Source: an uncultured virus (IMG/VR IMGVR_UViG_3300020213_000018) (taxonomy: Duplodnaviria > Heunggongvirae > Uroviricota > Caudoviricetes). Taken from it: a DNA stretch of 64,000 bases. Below, one piece after another: positions 30,743 through 41,140 of the stretch. Under the pieces are notes generated by a model. The model was not told the origin of the DNA. It was given only the letters and a program-made list of their open reading frames with translations, and searched no databases. The position numbers and the translations under genes were made by a program. Location: the IMG/VR virus record IMGVR_UViG_3300020213_000018, one strand, 5' to 3'. Positions within the stretch are counted from its first letter, which is position 1. The number at the start of each line of letters is the position of its first letter.

Positions 30743-31507
30743 TTAAAACGAAATTAAGTTATAATTTAATGATGCGCCTATAAATGGTGAGGTGTGAACG
30801 GTGTTTTTATGTACTCCGATTCCATATCCAACTGAAAAACCAAATCCAAATCTTTTTGGTTTAGGTTTGTATGTGAACGCAGATAAATCAGATACGTGTA
30901 TGAATGGATTACTGTTTTTAACTTCGATAGACAACTGTTTCCCTAATTTAAGAAATCCAACTTTCTTTTCACCAACAATTATACTTGCTGTGTTTGGAAT
31001 AAACATACTATCTATGGTTAATCCCGTGTTTGCAATCGTTGCGTAGAAACGATAATTATTATCTAGTTTTATTGCGGGGAAAGGTTTAAAATTACAAGGA
31101 ATTACTTTATCAAAAGGAACTGCCACTTCTTTTATAATTGTTGTTTCTTTTATAATGCCACCAAATTTTATTTCTTTAAACTTTTTTATCCATGCCTTCA
31201 TGGTATCATTAGTCGATAAAATAGATTTGATTTGATTTTGAGTTTGAATCTGTATAGCTGAATTAGTAGCTATTATATTTCCAAACTTATCTTCGTAGTG
31301 AGTTGCCTTTGTTTTATATTGAGATAGTTCTGTTACTATTTTATCTTCGCTTTTTTGATACTGACATCTTTGTATGAAGAATATGCAAATTATTAAAATA
31401 ATTAAAATTCCTATTGCATAAATGTAACGACGGTGAAGTTTTGAAATATCAACACCATTCTTTAAATCATTAATACCCTTATTTATTTCATCACCTAATT
31501 CACTCAT
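30743..31507 (-). CDS. Membrane protein of the lysis cassette (spanin-like)
   Basis: N-terminal TM, coiled coil, C-terminal FGFGFSVGYG...FIGASLNYNL beta hairpin. Confidence 0.55.
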   Translation of the reverse strand: MSELGDEINKGINDLKNGVDISKLHRRYIYAIGILIILIICIFFIQRCQYQKSEDKIVTELSQYKTKATHYEDKFGNIIATNSAIQIQTQNQIKSILSTNDTMKAWIKKFKEIKFGGIIKETTIIKEVAVPFDKVIPCNFKPFPAIKLDNNYRFYATIANTGLTIDSMFIPNTASIIVGEKKVGFLKLGKQLSIEVKNSNPFIHVSDLSAFTYKPKPKRFGFGFSVGYGIGVHKNTVHTSPFIGASLNYNLISF

Positions 31508-31518
31508 AATTTTTTAAA

Positions 31519-32031
31519 TCAACCAATATCGCCTTCATCCTTTGGTTTATCTTTTTTCTCTTCACTTTCCTCAACAACATTTATAACAGTTGTAGTAGTA
31601 GTATTTTCGGGAGTAGTTGTAGTAGTTGTATTTGTTTTAGATGCGGTAGTTTGACTACTTGAATCACCATCATTAGTACCATTAAAATATTTTGATTTAG
31701 TAACCATCTTAATACCGTAAAGAGAAGCTATGTATGTCAATAAACTTATCAAATAGTATTCAGGAAGTAAATGGTCGGGGGTATAAACTATTGCAACAAG
31801 AGTAGCAAAAGCTATTAACTGAGAAAAAACAAATCCACTTAAACTTTTTCCTGATGCACGACCATCTTTTTCTTCAAAAGAAGCCATTAACCATTTACGA
31901 AGATTAGGGTCTTTAACAAACATACGATTAATATAAAGAAAAAGTCCGCAATAACCAATAAACATAGTCCATCTCATGTAGGGATGTAAAATGTCAATCC
32001 ATTCTTTTGCTTTATTTATATCAATGTTCAT
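31519..32031 (-). CDS. Putative holin (3 TM)
   Basis: Three hydrophobic helices; next to the amidase. Confidence 0.6.
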   Translation of the reverse strand: MNIDINKAKEWIDILHPYMRWTMFIGYCGLFLYINRMFVKDPNLRKWLMASFEEKDGRASGKSLSGFVFSQLIAFATLVAIVYTPDHLLPEYYLISLLTYIASLYGIKMVTKSKYFNGTNDGDSSSQTTASKTNTTTTTTPENTTTTTVINVVEESEEKKDKPKDEGDIG

Positions 32032-32043
32032 TTGACTTTTAAA

Positions 32044-32745
32044 TTAACAACCACTTTCAATATCCTGCAACATCTTAATTATTTTAGGTAAAGCAGGGAA
32101 ATCAGTTTTATCACTTCTAAATGAAGTGTGTGTCCAAATTCCATTCTCTCCATCCAAAGCCCTTGTGTTAATATCAAACATATCGGAATTGAATTTTTTT
32201 GAAATTTTATATTTGTCGCATAAATAAATTATAAGTTCTTTTAATGATGTTATTTGAGCATCTGTCAAATCCTGAAAATACTTAAATCCTCTAAATGGTG
32301 TAGGTAATTCTACAACCTCACTCGCAGGTACTATACCATTAACATAATTACGGAAATTTCCGTCTTTATCCTTAACTAAACATCCCCAATTACAAATCTC
32401 AATTCCAACTGATGCCTTTGCTACTTTTGTTTCTAAAATCTTACTACTATATTTTGATGGAACTTTATTTGAAGCTCCACTAAAAGCAATATGCCAAGCA
32501 TAATATTTTGAACCGAAAGCCTGATAAATAGCACCGTCTTTCTCAATTTTAGTTCCACGAGAAATAACAAAAGAAGTACCAACCCTCTCAGAATTAAATT
32601 GCCACCCATGAACCGTATTTACGGCACTTGGCGCACCTGCGGTGAAGTGTATAACTATTTGCTTTTTAATAGAAGAACAATCCTCTCTAAAATATTGGTC
32701 AGGCGTTAATTCGCTCTGATTTATTTTAGTAACGTCTAAAGCCAT
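32044..32745 (-). CDS. N-acetylmuramoyl-L-alanine amidase (endolysin)
   Basis: IVIHFTAG, AWH, SVGIEICNWG, WTHTSFRSDKTD. Confidence 0.9.
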   Translation of the reverse strand: MALDVTKINQSELTPDQYFREDCSSIKKQIVIHFTAGAPSAVNTVHGWQFNSERVGTSFVISRGTKIEKDGAIYQAFGSKYYAWHIAFSGASNKVPSKYSSKILETKVAKASVGIEICNWGCLVKDKDGNFRNYVNGIVPASEVVELPTPFRGFKYFQDLTDAQITSLKELIIYLCDKYKISKKFNSDMFDINTRALDGENGIWTHTSFRSDKTDFPALPKIIKMLQDIESGC

Positions 32746-32761
32746 GAGTATTTAGTTTAAA

Positions 32762-32959
32762 TTATATCTTACAAACATTTACTGCATTATCACCTTTTTT
32801 ACCTTGCTCAATATCGAAACTAACTCTTTCGTCTTTCCTAAGAATTTGTTTGTTTTTTATTCCTGAAACATGAACGAAAACTTCATTTTCACTTCCGTCT
32901 TCTACTATGAATCCAAATCCTTTTGTTTCATTGAAAAATTTTACTGTACCCTTGCTCAT
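32762..32959 (-). CDS. csp: Cold-shock domain protein
   Basis: GTVKFFNETKGFGFI (RNP1), VFVHVS (RNP2). Confidence 0.95.
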   Translation of the reverse strand: MSKGTVKFFNETKGFGFIVEDGSENEVFVHVSGIKNKQILRKDERVSFDIEQGKKGDNAVNVCKI

Positions 32960-32990
32960 AATTTTAATTGTTTTTTGCTTGTTGTTTATT

Positions 32991-33317
32991 TTATTTATTT
33001 ATTTCTTTTATTTGCATTAACACCCTAATAATTTCCTTCTGACCTTCTTCGATGTTATTTAATCGTTTTTCAAAAGCGATTTGCTGAACACTAGTCATAC
33101 CCATACCTAAATTATTTTTATTTATTTGCTCGGTATGAACCTCAATTGTTTTTTTCATCTCAACCTGACCTTCATTCAATTTATCAATTGAAGCATTTGT
33201 TTTATAGTAAAATGAAAATCCTGTTATTAAAGCAACTAAAAGCGAAGTAACCACAGAACCCACAATGGTTTTTATTACATGGCTTTGTAACTGTTTCAAA
33301 GATAAAGATTCTGACAT
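32991..33317 (-). CDS. Single-TM coiled-coil protein
   Basis: 108 aa; TM followed by heptad repeats. Confidence 0.75.
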   Translation of the reverse strand: MSESLSLKQLQSHVIKTIVGSVVTSLLVALITGFSFYYKTNASIDKLNEGQVEMKKTIEVHTEQINKNNLGMGMTSVQQIAFEKRLNNIEEGQKEIIRVLMQIKEINK

Positions 33318-33555
33318 ATTTTTTGTTTTTTGTTTATTTTATTTTTATCGTTATTAAACAAATTTAGTAATTATTTTTAAATTACAGAATAATCGGTTTT
33401 TATAAATAATAATATCGGTTTGTTTTTTTAAATTTTAATTTAACGTATAATCCAAAATTTTACCCGCTACGAGGGTAAATACCTCTCTTATTTTTTATTA
33501 TTAATAATTAATCCAATTATGTTTTCAACATTTAATAGTTAATAAATATTTAAAA

Positions 33556-34077
33556 TTACTTTTTAAAAGGTAGTCTTTCTAAGTTACCCCAAACAGAATT
33601 TGAAACAATTTCCTTTCCCTTATCAGGAATTAATGTAAGTCCGCCATTATTATAAGTGCCTTTAATTAAATTACCTTTCGATTCTTGACCAACCTTAAAT
33701 ATTGCAAAGCGATTATTAGAATAAAAAATAGCTAAGTTTTGATTTTTATTGAATATAGCAAAAACCTGATTGTTTTTTATCCTTGCACCTGCTCCAAGTT
33801 TACTTTTTACATCATTTATAATTGGAGATTCCTGAGTTGCAGTTGATGTTGTTGATATTGTTGATGTTGTTGACGTGGATGTTTTTGGTGTTTGTTGTGG
33901 TTGTGTTTGTGTTTGTGTATTAGTGGAACTAGTATCTTTAGGAGTTGGTATATCTTCACCACCCGAATTTTCTTCATCAGATGATGATTTTTTTAATGTA
34001 CTTTTGAAATACAAAATAGTTCCGCCAATAACAAGACCCGCAGAAATTAAACCTATTACAATAACTGATTTTTTCAT
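33556..34077 (-). CDS. N-terminally anchored membrane protein with Thr-rich linker
   Basis: Signal-anchor helix, T/Q-rich linker, beta domain. Confidence 0.8.
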   Translation of the reverse strand: MKKSVIVIGLISAGLVIGGTILYFKSTLKKSSSDEENSGGEDIPTPKDTSSTNTQTQTQPQQTPKTSTSTTSTISTTSTATQESPIINDVKSKLGAGARIKNNQVFAIFNKNQNLAIFYSNNRFAIFKVGQESKGNLIKGTYNNGGLTLIPDKGKEIVSNSVWGNLERLPFKK

Positions 34078-34189
34078 TTTATTTTATTTTATTTAAAAAA
34101 TATTTTTAATTATGTTTGTTAATATTATATTATTTGCTGTGTAATTCCCATAAACCCTTATCTTGAATTGGTTTTTTATTTTCGACATA

Positions 34190-35110
34190 TTAATTATATA
34201 ATTTATAAACTGACATTTTATCTATTCTAAAACTCATTGTAGTTAGTGGTACTAAAGTTGTACGATTTCCAACATAAAAAGTTGGTTGTAAAGATGCACC
34301 CACAGCAACGGGAATAGCACCCCTAACAGACATTGCAGGTACATTACTTAAATCTGTAAGAGTTGTGAGTATAGTATTATTTCTTATTACTCTTACATTA
34401 TTATTTTGGTTGTCTGCAATAATACTCCAATTATTCCAACCGATAGAATCAGGTAAAATACCCAAATCAACAACCGTATTTGCTGCGGGTGCGCCATATA
34501 CCGCCCTTGCTAACAAAAATAAATTGGTTATTAATGTTGGATTATAACCCGAAATATTTGATGGGTCGTACATTACGCATAACGCATTACCCGATGCACC
34601 CGCAATACTAGCATTACTATTTATCCAACCTACTTGTGAGCAAGAGTTAGCCGTTGGTGGAACACTACCGTATCTCTGCCTCCAACTTATTTGAGTAAAG
34701 AAAGAATCTGTAAATCTATTCAAGTAATTAATGGCACTACTATATTGAATACCCGAACTACCACCTAATCCAATACCACTTTCAATTAAAGATATTCCAA
34801 TAACACCCGTTTCAGATGCTTGACTAAAATTAGTTGTACCCGTTCCGCTTGTAGCTTGATTCCAACCCGTAGGTAAAGCACCTGTATCAAAATCACTTAT
34901 TAATGAATATGTTTTTAATCCACCGTAAGGATTAATACCCGAAATATAATCAGTATCACCAACACCTATTTTTGTAAAAATACCACTACCATCAATAGCA
35001 GTACCATAAGAGCCAATAGGTGCATCTACCCCACCGCTTGTTACGGGATTAACGTCTAATGTAACAATCCAAACATCACCGTTTGTTATTATATCAAGTA
35101 TTACCGACAT
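34190..35110 (-). CDS. Putative spike/receptor-binding protein (beta-sandwich)
   Basis: 306 aa G/S/T/N-rich beta protein; DAPIGS motif. Confidence 0.6.
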   Translation of the reverse strand: MSVILDIITNGDVWIVTLDVNPVTSGGVDAPIGSYGTAIDGSGIFTKIGVGDTDYISGINPYGGLKTYSLISDFDTGALPTGWNQATSGTGTTNFSQASETGVIGISLIESGIGLGGSSGIQYSSAINYLNRFTDSFFTQISWRQRYGSVPPTANSCSQVGWINSNASIAGASGNALCVMYDPSNISGYNPTLITNLFLLARAVYGAPAANTVVDLGILPDSIGWNNWSIIADNQNNNVRVIRNNTILTTLTDLSNVPAMSVRGAIPVAVGASLQPTFYVGNRTTLVPLTTMSFRIDKMSVYKLYN

Positions 35111-35131
35111 CTATTTTTTAAAAAATAATAA

Positions 35132-35377
35132 TTATGTATTAGGATATGTCGCTGTAACATACGCTTGTACCTGTGCATCAATATAGGCAGGTTGCTGTGC
35201 TGATGTTGTTGTTGATGGAATATCAAACGCAGGTACTTGGTCAGTTTGAATAAACTTTCCTATTGGTGAACCAACTATTGTTATTTGAGCAATTACACCC
35301 GTTGCTTTAATACTACCATCTAAATTTGCTGTGAATATAGCGTTTCTTGTGATTGTGTTTAATAATGTGAAGTTCAT
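35132..35377 (-). CDS. Small structural/fibre-associated protein
   Basis: 81 aa ORF between fibre genes. Confidence 0.6.
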   Translation of the reverse strand: MNFTLLNTITRNAIFTANLDGSIKATGVIAQITIVGSPIGKFIQTDQVPAFDIPSTTTSAQQPAYIDAQVQAYVTATYPNT

Positions 35378-35408
35378 TTTTTTATTTTTAAATTGATTGT
35401 TTTATTTT

Positions 35409-36680
35409 TTAGGAAACTTTATATGTTTTTGTTATTACGTTCCAAGTTACTGTATTTGCATTATCACCTGTTACTCTTGCGAGTACATCTGTTCCACTTA
35501 CTGTTAAATTAACATCATAAGCAACATTATCCTCACTTGTAAAGTCTGATTGCACCGCACCGATAGTTACAACACCACCAACATTTTTTGCTTTTACTGT
35601 ACGCATATACCCATTGCCATCACCAACTATTCCTAAACCTCCACCACTAACAATTGTTAATCGTGAAGTGAAATTACAAACAATTAATAAAACAGTATCT
35701 AATGGTATTGCTATTGTTTGTATTGTAGTTATAGTATTATTTATTGTAGATATTGTTGCACCGTTTGTATCTTCTGTAACACCCGCAACAGGTTCAAGTC
35801 TTTGATTTATTAATGTCGTAGCATCAATGCCCTGAACATGAATTTTTGCAGTCGGAGTAATTACACCAATACCAACATTACCTGCGGTATTAATCCGCAT
35901 TGTTTCATTTGCAGGACTTCCTGAAAAAAACACAGTATTTCTAGGCGTTCCTGAAATACCTGAAAGAATGAATATATCAGAATCTACCGCTCCAAAAACT
36001 GCTGAATTTGGAAATAGGCTATGTACAGAACTTGATGCTCCCATAATGAGAGTAACTGTATCTGATTGAGCTACCCATGCAGCAGAAGCATCTGCTGTTG
36101 GAGAATAATTTGATATAAATCCATTAGTGAATGAATTTTGAGTTCTCTCTGCATGAATAAATTGACCTGATGAATTTGTAGTACCTAAAACAAATTCACC
36201 TGTTGTTGTAATTCTTGCTTTTTCTGTTCCATTCGTGTAAATAGGAAAATCAAAAGCATCATTAGTACCAATATATTTTACCGAACCATTTGTATTTCCA
36301 TCGAGTAACCATTCAGACGTTGCAGTTGAATCAATACTTTGCCAAATAACACCATCAAAATAATTGAATAATGAAGTATTTATATTATAAATTAATAATG
36401 ACGTTGCAGGTGTTCCAATTGCATTACGTTGAACGGTTGTCATTCTTGGAGTAAGAAGTCCTTGTGTTGAAGAAGTTAAATCTAATATTGCCGAAACATC
36501 AGGTGTTATCGTACCAATACCAACACTAACACCATTATCAAAAAGTTGAGAATCATCTATGTTAGTTCCGTTAGGATTAAATTTAGAAATAAAATTAAGT
36601 GTACCACCACCACCGATAGTACCGCCACCACCACCACCTGTGTTACCACCACTAAAACCAAAACTTGAATTACCTAACAT
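35409..36680 (-). CDS. Fibre/spike protein
   Basis: VGIGTITP, SAILDL.S..QGLL.PRMT and MRINTAGNVGIG motifs typical of Bacteroidota phage fibres. Confidence 0.75.
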   Translation of the reverse strand: MLGNSSFGFSGGNTGGGGGGTIGGGGTLNFISKFNPNGTNIDDSQLFDNGVSVGIGTITPDVSAILDLTSSTQGLLTPRMTTVQRNAIGTPATSLLIYNINTSLFNYFDGVIWQSIDSTATSEWLLDGNTNGSVKYIGTNDAFDFPIYTNGTEKARITTTGEFVLGTTNSSGQFIHAERTQNSFTNGFISNYSPTADASAAWVAQSDTVTLIMGASSSVHSLFPNSAVFGAVDSDIFILSGISGTPRNTVFFSGSPANETMRINTAGNVGIGVITPTAKIHVQGIDATTLINQRLEPVAGVTEDTNGATISTINNTITTIQTIAIPLDTVLLIVCNFTSRLTIVSGGGLGIVGDGNGYMRTVKAKNVGGVVTIGAVQSDFTSEDNVAYDVNLTVSGTDVLARVTGDNANTVTWNVITKTYKVS

Positions 36681-36704
36681 TTCTTTTCAATTTAATTAAT
36701 TTAA

Positions 36705-36971
36705 TTATCTTCCTGTAATAACCAATGCTTGACCTGACGTTGTATCAATAGTATATCCATCAATAGGAAAATCAAAAGACACATTTAACGGTGGAGATGT
36801 TATACCTAATGTAATAGTATCACTAACTCTTGCCCCTAATTTCATAACTCCTTTTACCGTTATTGTACCCGAAATACATAATACAGAAATATTACGAACT
36901 CCCCATTCTTTAATGATAGTTATTGTTTCTGCATTTAATAAAAATGTACCTACGTTTTCTTTAATATTCAT
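36705..36971 (-). CDS. Small beta-rich structural protein
   Basis: 88 aa of alternating hydrophobic strands, upstream of the fibre gene. Confidence 0.6.
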   Translation of the reverse strand: MNIKENVGTFLLNAETITIIKEWGVRNISVLCISGTITVKGVMKLGARVSDTITLGITSPPLNVSFDFPIDGYTIDTTSGQALVITGR

Positions 36972-36983
36972 TTTTTATTTTTT

Positions 36984-37382
36984 TTAATTATCGCTACTTG
37001 TTAGTTCTTCAACGGTAATCGGTTTAATTGCTTTACCCTGATTGTATAAATATACAAGTGGTAAATAATCATCCGACTTAGTATATATTCGTGCATTAAT
37101 ATCCTTGTCGGGAATATTATTTTTTTCCGCTAACTTTTTAAGCGTTCCACTTAAATAATTACTTACAAGTTTTGCTTGTAGAGGATTTAATCCGAGTAAA
37201 TTTCTTAGTTCAATATCATAAACAAAATCAGTTTTGTTTAACAATGAACATTTTACATCGTTTGCAATAAATCCTTTATCAATTACAATCTTGACACGAA
37301 TATCACGTTTATCAATACTACTATCCAAAGAACACTTCTCCAACGCTTGTTGGATTTTTTTAATAATTTCACTCGCTTCCAT
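36984..37382 (-). CDS. Hypothetical protein
   Basis: 132 aa ORF. Confidence 0.75.
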   Translation of the reverse strand: MEASEIIKKIQQALEKCSLDSSIDKRDIRVKIVIDKGFIANDVKCSLLNKTDFVYDIELRNLLGLNPLQAKLVSNYLSGTLKKLAEKNNIPDKDINARIYTKSDDYLPLVYLYNQGKAIKPITVEELTSSDN

Positions 37383-37502
37383 TTGCTGCTGTTTTTTTTA
37401 CTACGGTTTGTTAATAATTAAATAATTAATAAGTTGGTTTTGCGTATTAATTATAATTAACAAATATAACAAATATAAAAAAAAAATCTCAATAAGTTTT
37501 CA

Positions 37503-38012
37503 TTAAGTTGAAGGTGTATTTTTTAAATCAACTATTTCCTTCAAAGTATAAGACAATTCAAACGGCTGTTTAGCTGCTAAAACACCTGCTCTCCATTTAA
37601 AATAACCCTTTATACTAAACTTAACTTTACTCTTATCTGCGACAATGTTTGTCAGGTTATCTAATCCGATTTTAACTAATTCATTTAGTTTTAAATCAAC
37701 CTTCAAAGGTATTATTGATGTTTTATCAGCACCAACAAATACATTTTCCTTGTTATGTACCCTTGAAACTAATTTGTCATTAATGAAGACATCGTAATAT
37801 TGGTCGTTAACGTATGCCGATATATTTCCATTATTTGTAATTTTACTTATCAACGTGAAACTAATATTACTACCGCTAATATTAACATCTTTTACACCAT
37901 TAACTTTAAATGGGGCTTTAATTAATTTACTAACATTGTAATACAAGTAACCGCCTACACCCACAATAGCCACTCCGACTAATCCAATCCATAATTTTGT
38001 TGATTTTTCCAT
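37503..38012 (-). CDS. LEA-2/WHy-like membrane-anchored protein
   Basis: N-terminal TM; ITNNGN...YDVFIND...IPLKV pattern. Confidence 0.65.
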   Translation of the reverse strand: MEKSTKLWIGLVGVAIVGVGGYLYYNVSKLIKAPFKVNGVKDVNISGSNISFTLISKITNNGNISAYVNDQYYDVFINDKLVSRVHNKENVFVGADKTSIIPLKVDLKLNELVKIGLDNLTNIVADKSKVKFSIKGYFKWRAGVLAAKQPFELSYTLKEIVDLKNTPST

Positions 38013-38033
38013 TTTTTTATTTTTTTTATTTTT

Positions 38034-38606
38034 TTACACTACCGCTACTTGTTTGTTTGGAGTTTTAACATTAGCTAAAAGATATTGATTTCCTTTATTA
38101 GCTAATACAAATCCGCTTGATTTTAATTTATTAGATAATTGTGTTTTATATAATATTATAGCTAACATTTTATCTTTCTGAGAATCATTTAATTTTTTAC
38201 CCCTAACAAAATCAGTTGCTTTATTTACCTGTTTAATATACTTTGCTGAAATTAAAGCTGCTGAATCTTGACTAACTCTTGAACTTTTAAAGAAATTCTT
38301 AACACGATTCATTTCACCATACATTATGGTAACTAAATTATCAACAGCCTTTTCAGGAGATGGTTTAGGTTTATTTTCCATTGGAAGTGCATTGGGTTTT
38401 ACGCCAACAGGAACGGGGTTTTTAATATCCTTTACCTCTGTATCGGTTATGGGTTTATTTTCGTCGCCTGACTTTGATTCATCCTTTGGCTTTTCTTCAT
38501 CCTTTGATTCAGTTAATTTGCCTTTATTTTTTTTGTAGAAATAAATACCAACTCCTAATCCGACAACTAAGCCTGATACGATTAATACTTTTGTGATTGC
38601 TTTCAT
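38034..38606 (-). CDS. N-terminally anchored membrane protein
   Basis: Signal anchor and low-complexity linker. Confidence 0.8.
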   Translation of the reverse strand: MKAITKVLIVSGLVVGLGVGIYFYKKNKGKLTESKDEEKPKDESKSGDENKPITDTEVKDIKNPVPVGVKPNALPMENKPKPSPEKAVDNLVTIMYGEMNRVKNFFKSSRVSQDSAALISAKYIKQVNKATDFVRGKKLNDSQKDKMLAIILYKTQLSNKLKSSGFVLANKGNQYLLANVKTPNKQVAVV

Positions 38607-38626
38607 AACGTTATTTTTTTTATTAT

Positions 38627-39292
38627 TTATACTATGGTATCAAGTATCCCTTGCGTACCGATAAGTTTTTTTATGTAGTTAGCAGTTTCTTTTGGGACTA
38701 TCGCTAACATTTCTTCCGTACTTCCCTTGAATGGAATAATTTTTTTTGAGGACTTACTAAACCTACCCCCATTGTATATTGCAACAATTTTATCTAATCT
38801 TAGTTTTCCGTTTTCAGTAAACTCATTAATTAATTGACCAAGTAAAATTGTACCTATCAAAATATTTAGTTCAGGTTTTTTTAAATCATCATTAGTTATA
38901 AAAGTTTTACCGATAGATGTTTGTTTTGGTTTTACTTTTTCAATCAACGCATAACGAGTACCTAAATATTTTTTTAATAAAGCAGCCTCACCATCTTGTA
39001 ATCTACCCGCTCCTTTTTCTTTAACCAACGTGTCAGATGCCGTTGCGGGACTTAATTGCATTAAACCTGTGGCGTAAGGACTTTGTGCTTTTTCATTCCC
39101 CGCACTTTCAATGAATATAAATGATTCAATTAATAATACAGGAACACTCGATAATACAGAGATATTACCAATATATTTTCCATACTTAGGTCTAATCACA
39201 CTCTTAATTTTATCCTCATTTGCTTTTGCTGCAACAGGAGTATAGTAAGAATCTCTTATAGATGGTATGTTTATATTTAATACTCCTGCCAT
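38627..39292 (-). CDS. Lytic transglycosylase (SLT family)
   Basis: IESAG, ATGLMQL, NILIGT, YNGG and ETANYI motifs. Confidence 0.9.
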   Translation of the reverse strand: MAGVLNINIPSIRDSYYTPVAAKANEDKIKSVIRPKYGKYIGNISVLSSVPVLLIESFIFIESAGNEKAQSPYATGLMQLSPATASDTLVKEKGAGRLQDGEAALLKKYLGTRYALIEKVKPKQTSIGKTFITNDDLKKPELNILIGTILLGQLINEFTENGKLRLDKIVAIYNGGRFSKSSKKIIPFKGSTEEMLAIVPKETANYIKKLIGTQGILDTIV

Positions 39293-39450
39293 TATTTTTT
39301 ACGTGTAAATGTTATTTTAGCACCTTTTGTTTCTGCTGTTACTTCACCTTCACCATTATATTCTTTTTTACCTCTCATTAAAAAATAAACACCAACACTT
39401 GCACCCAAAACTGTCAATCCTATTAATGTATATTTTAAACCTTTATTCAT
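39292..39450 (-). CDS. Small membrane protein (52 aa, MNKGLKYTLIGLTVLGASVGVYFLMRGKK...)
   Basis: Own translation; TAATG coupling to the SLT gene. Confidence 0.75.
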   Translation of the reverse strand: MNKGLKYTLIGLTVLGASVGVYFLMRGKKEYNGEGEVTAETKGAKITFTRKK

Positions 39451-39461
39451 GTTTTAATTAA

Positions 39462-40103
39462 TTAGGCGTGTATTTTTTTTAATATGTTTGTTAAATACAT
39501 TCTTTTTTCGTCTGATAAATTAAAGTTTTTTGATGTAACTACATCATAAATATCAATAAGTTCATCCAAGCTAACTTTATTTTCAATATTTTTAATGTTT
39601 TTTATTCCTAATAAATCGTATCCAAAAAGTACAGTGTAATCAGAACAACCTATTGATTCATAAAATTCTTCAAAACTATTTATTTTATCACGATTAACAA
39701 CACAAATACTTTTTTCAATAGTCTTTGTCTGTGCTTGTTCTTTAGTTATTTTTTTTAAAGTCAACTCTTTATTTAACTTATAAATAGCGTTTTTAACTTT
39801 AATAAAATCAATTGGTAATATCCCTATATTATAATCTAAAACCTGTTTTGAATTTTCATCCATTAATTGATTTATGCTAATAAATTTAAAAGGTATATTT
39901 TGTGAGTTAATGTAATTTGAAATAGTCGTAGATATGTCTGTAACAAAAGGCAATCTTATACTGTAAAATTCCATATTTTTTTCATCAAAAGTTTTTAAAT
40001 TATTTTTAGATTTATTATTTTTCATATTTAAAAAATATAATAGAAAAACACCTGTACCTACAACAGTCAATCCTATTAATGTATATTTTAAACCTTTATT
40101 CAT
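39462..40103 (-). CDS. N-terminally anchored hypothetical protein
   Basis: 213 aa; same first 14 aa as the 52-aa neighbour. Confidence 0.75.
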   Translation of the reverse strand: MNKGLKYTLIGLTVVGTGVFLLYFLNMKNNKSKNNLKTFDEKNMEFYSIRLPFVTDISTTISNYINSQNIPFKFISINQLMDENSKQVLDYNIGILPIDFIKVKNAIYKLNKELTLKKITKEQAQTKTIEKSICVVNRDKINSFEEFYESIGCSDYTVLFGYDLLGIKNIKNIENKVSLDELIDIYDVVTSKNFNLSDEKRMYLTNILKKIHA

Positions 40104-40112
40104 ATTAAATTT

Positions 40113-40325
40113 CTATTTTTTTATAAATTTATTTAATAAAAAATGTGCGCTTACTGCTGTTAAAAAACCAATACCAAATGCTGATAACTTTTCTTCCTGA
40201 GTTGATTTTTCAGGCTTATTTCTATTAATTATTTCCAATACAATGAATATAACAGAAGTACCAACTAAACCAATCGCAAGTGATTCAAGGATTAATACAT
40301 CTTTATTACTACTACCTGCGCTCAT
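40113..40325 (-). CDS. Small two-TM protein
   Basis: 70 aa, two hydrophobic helices. Confidence 0.7.
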   Translation of the reverse strand: MSAGSSNKDVLILESLAIGLVGTSVIFIVLEIINRNKPEKSTQEEKLSAFGIGFLTAVSAHFLLNKFIKK

Positions 40326-40330
40326 AATAA

Positions 40331-41140
40331 TTATGTAATAATATTAGTTATCATTTTTGACTGACGATGTTTATAACCAACATAAATTAGTCCAACAACA
40401 CCTATACCTATCAATGCAATTGGCAACCAATTACGTTTTGTATATTGCAATGCCTCTTTTGATATTTCCTCAACGTTTTCTTTAGCCATAATTAATCCTT
40501 TTTGAAATCTATTTAATCTATCATCTATACCATTTTGACCACCATTTATAACCTGAGTTATCTTTTTTATAGTATCAGTATTATTTACTGATTTATTTAA
40601 AATTAATTTATCAGATAATTCATTTAAACTTTCATTATTTAATATAGAAGCCTTTGGAGTTATATTACCTACGTTATATTGTTTAAATTTTACATTTCTA
40701 CTTGGATATGTTCTTTTTTTAGTCCAATAATACAAAGCAGATAGTAGTGAATTTTTTAATTGTTCAGGAGTAGCTACTGTTGCATTTTTAGCCCCTAATA
40801 AATTTGGATTGTTTACAACATCAACTCCATATTTATTTTTAAAATCTTGATAATTTGCTCGACCTGTTGTTTGTATAAGACCTCTACCTTTAAATTTTGT
40901 GCCATCTCCTTTTACATTATTACCTAAATCGGAACGACCTTCATAAGCTGAACCACTTGCTCTTTCTTCTGTAAAATAAAGACCACCGCTTTCATGTCCT
41001 ACTTGTGATAAAAAAGAAGATATACGTTCCTTAGTAGTTAAACCATAATCAGGAAAATATTTCTGAAAATAAGGCAACCAAATTTTAGCAACATTTTCTC
41101 TTGCACCGCTTAATGATTGTATAGTTTTAACATCTAACAT
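40331..41140 (-). CDS. GH19 chitinase-like muramidase with C-terminal TM anchor
   Basis: FLSQVGHESGG..E, KGRGLIQTTGRANY, INGG.NG..DR; C-terminal hydrophobic helix. Confidence 0.9.
   Translation of the reverse strand: MLDVKTIQSLSGARENVAKIWLPYFQKYFPDYGLTTKERISSFLSQVGHESGGLYFTEERASGSAYEGRSDLGNNVKGDGTKFKGRGLIQTTGRANYQDFKNKYGVDVVNNPNLLGAKNATVATPEQLKNSLLSALYYWTKKRTYPSRNVKFKQYNVGNITPKASILNNESLNELSDKLILNKSVNNTDTIKKITQVINGGQNGIDDRLNRFQKGLIMAKENVEEISKEALQYTKRNWLPIALIGIGVVGLIYVGYKHRQSKMITNIIT

Noticed and set aside
33459..33479. TTTACCC-N7-GGGTAAA hairpin
   Set aside because: Single weak instance with no clear U-tract; function cannot be supported
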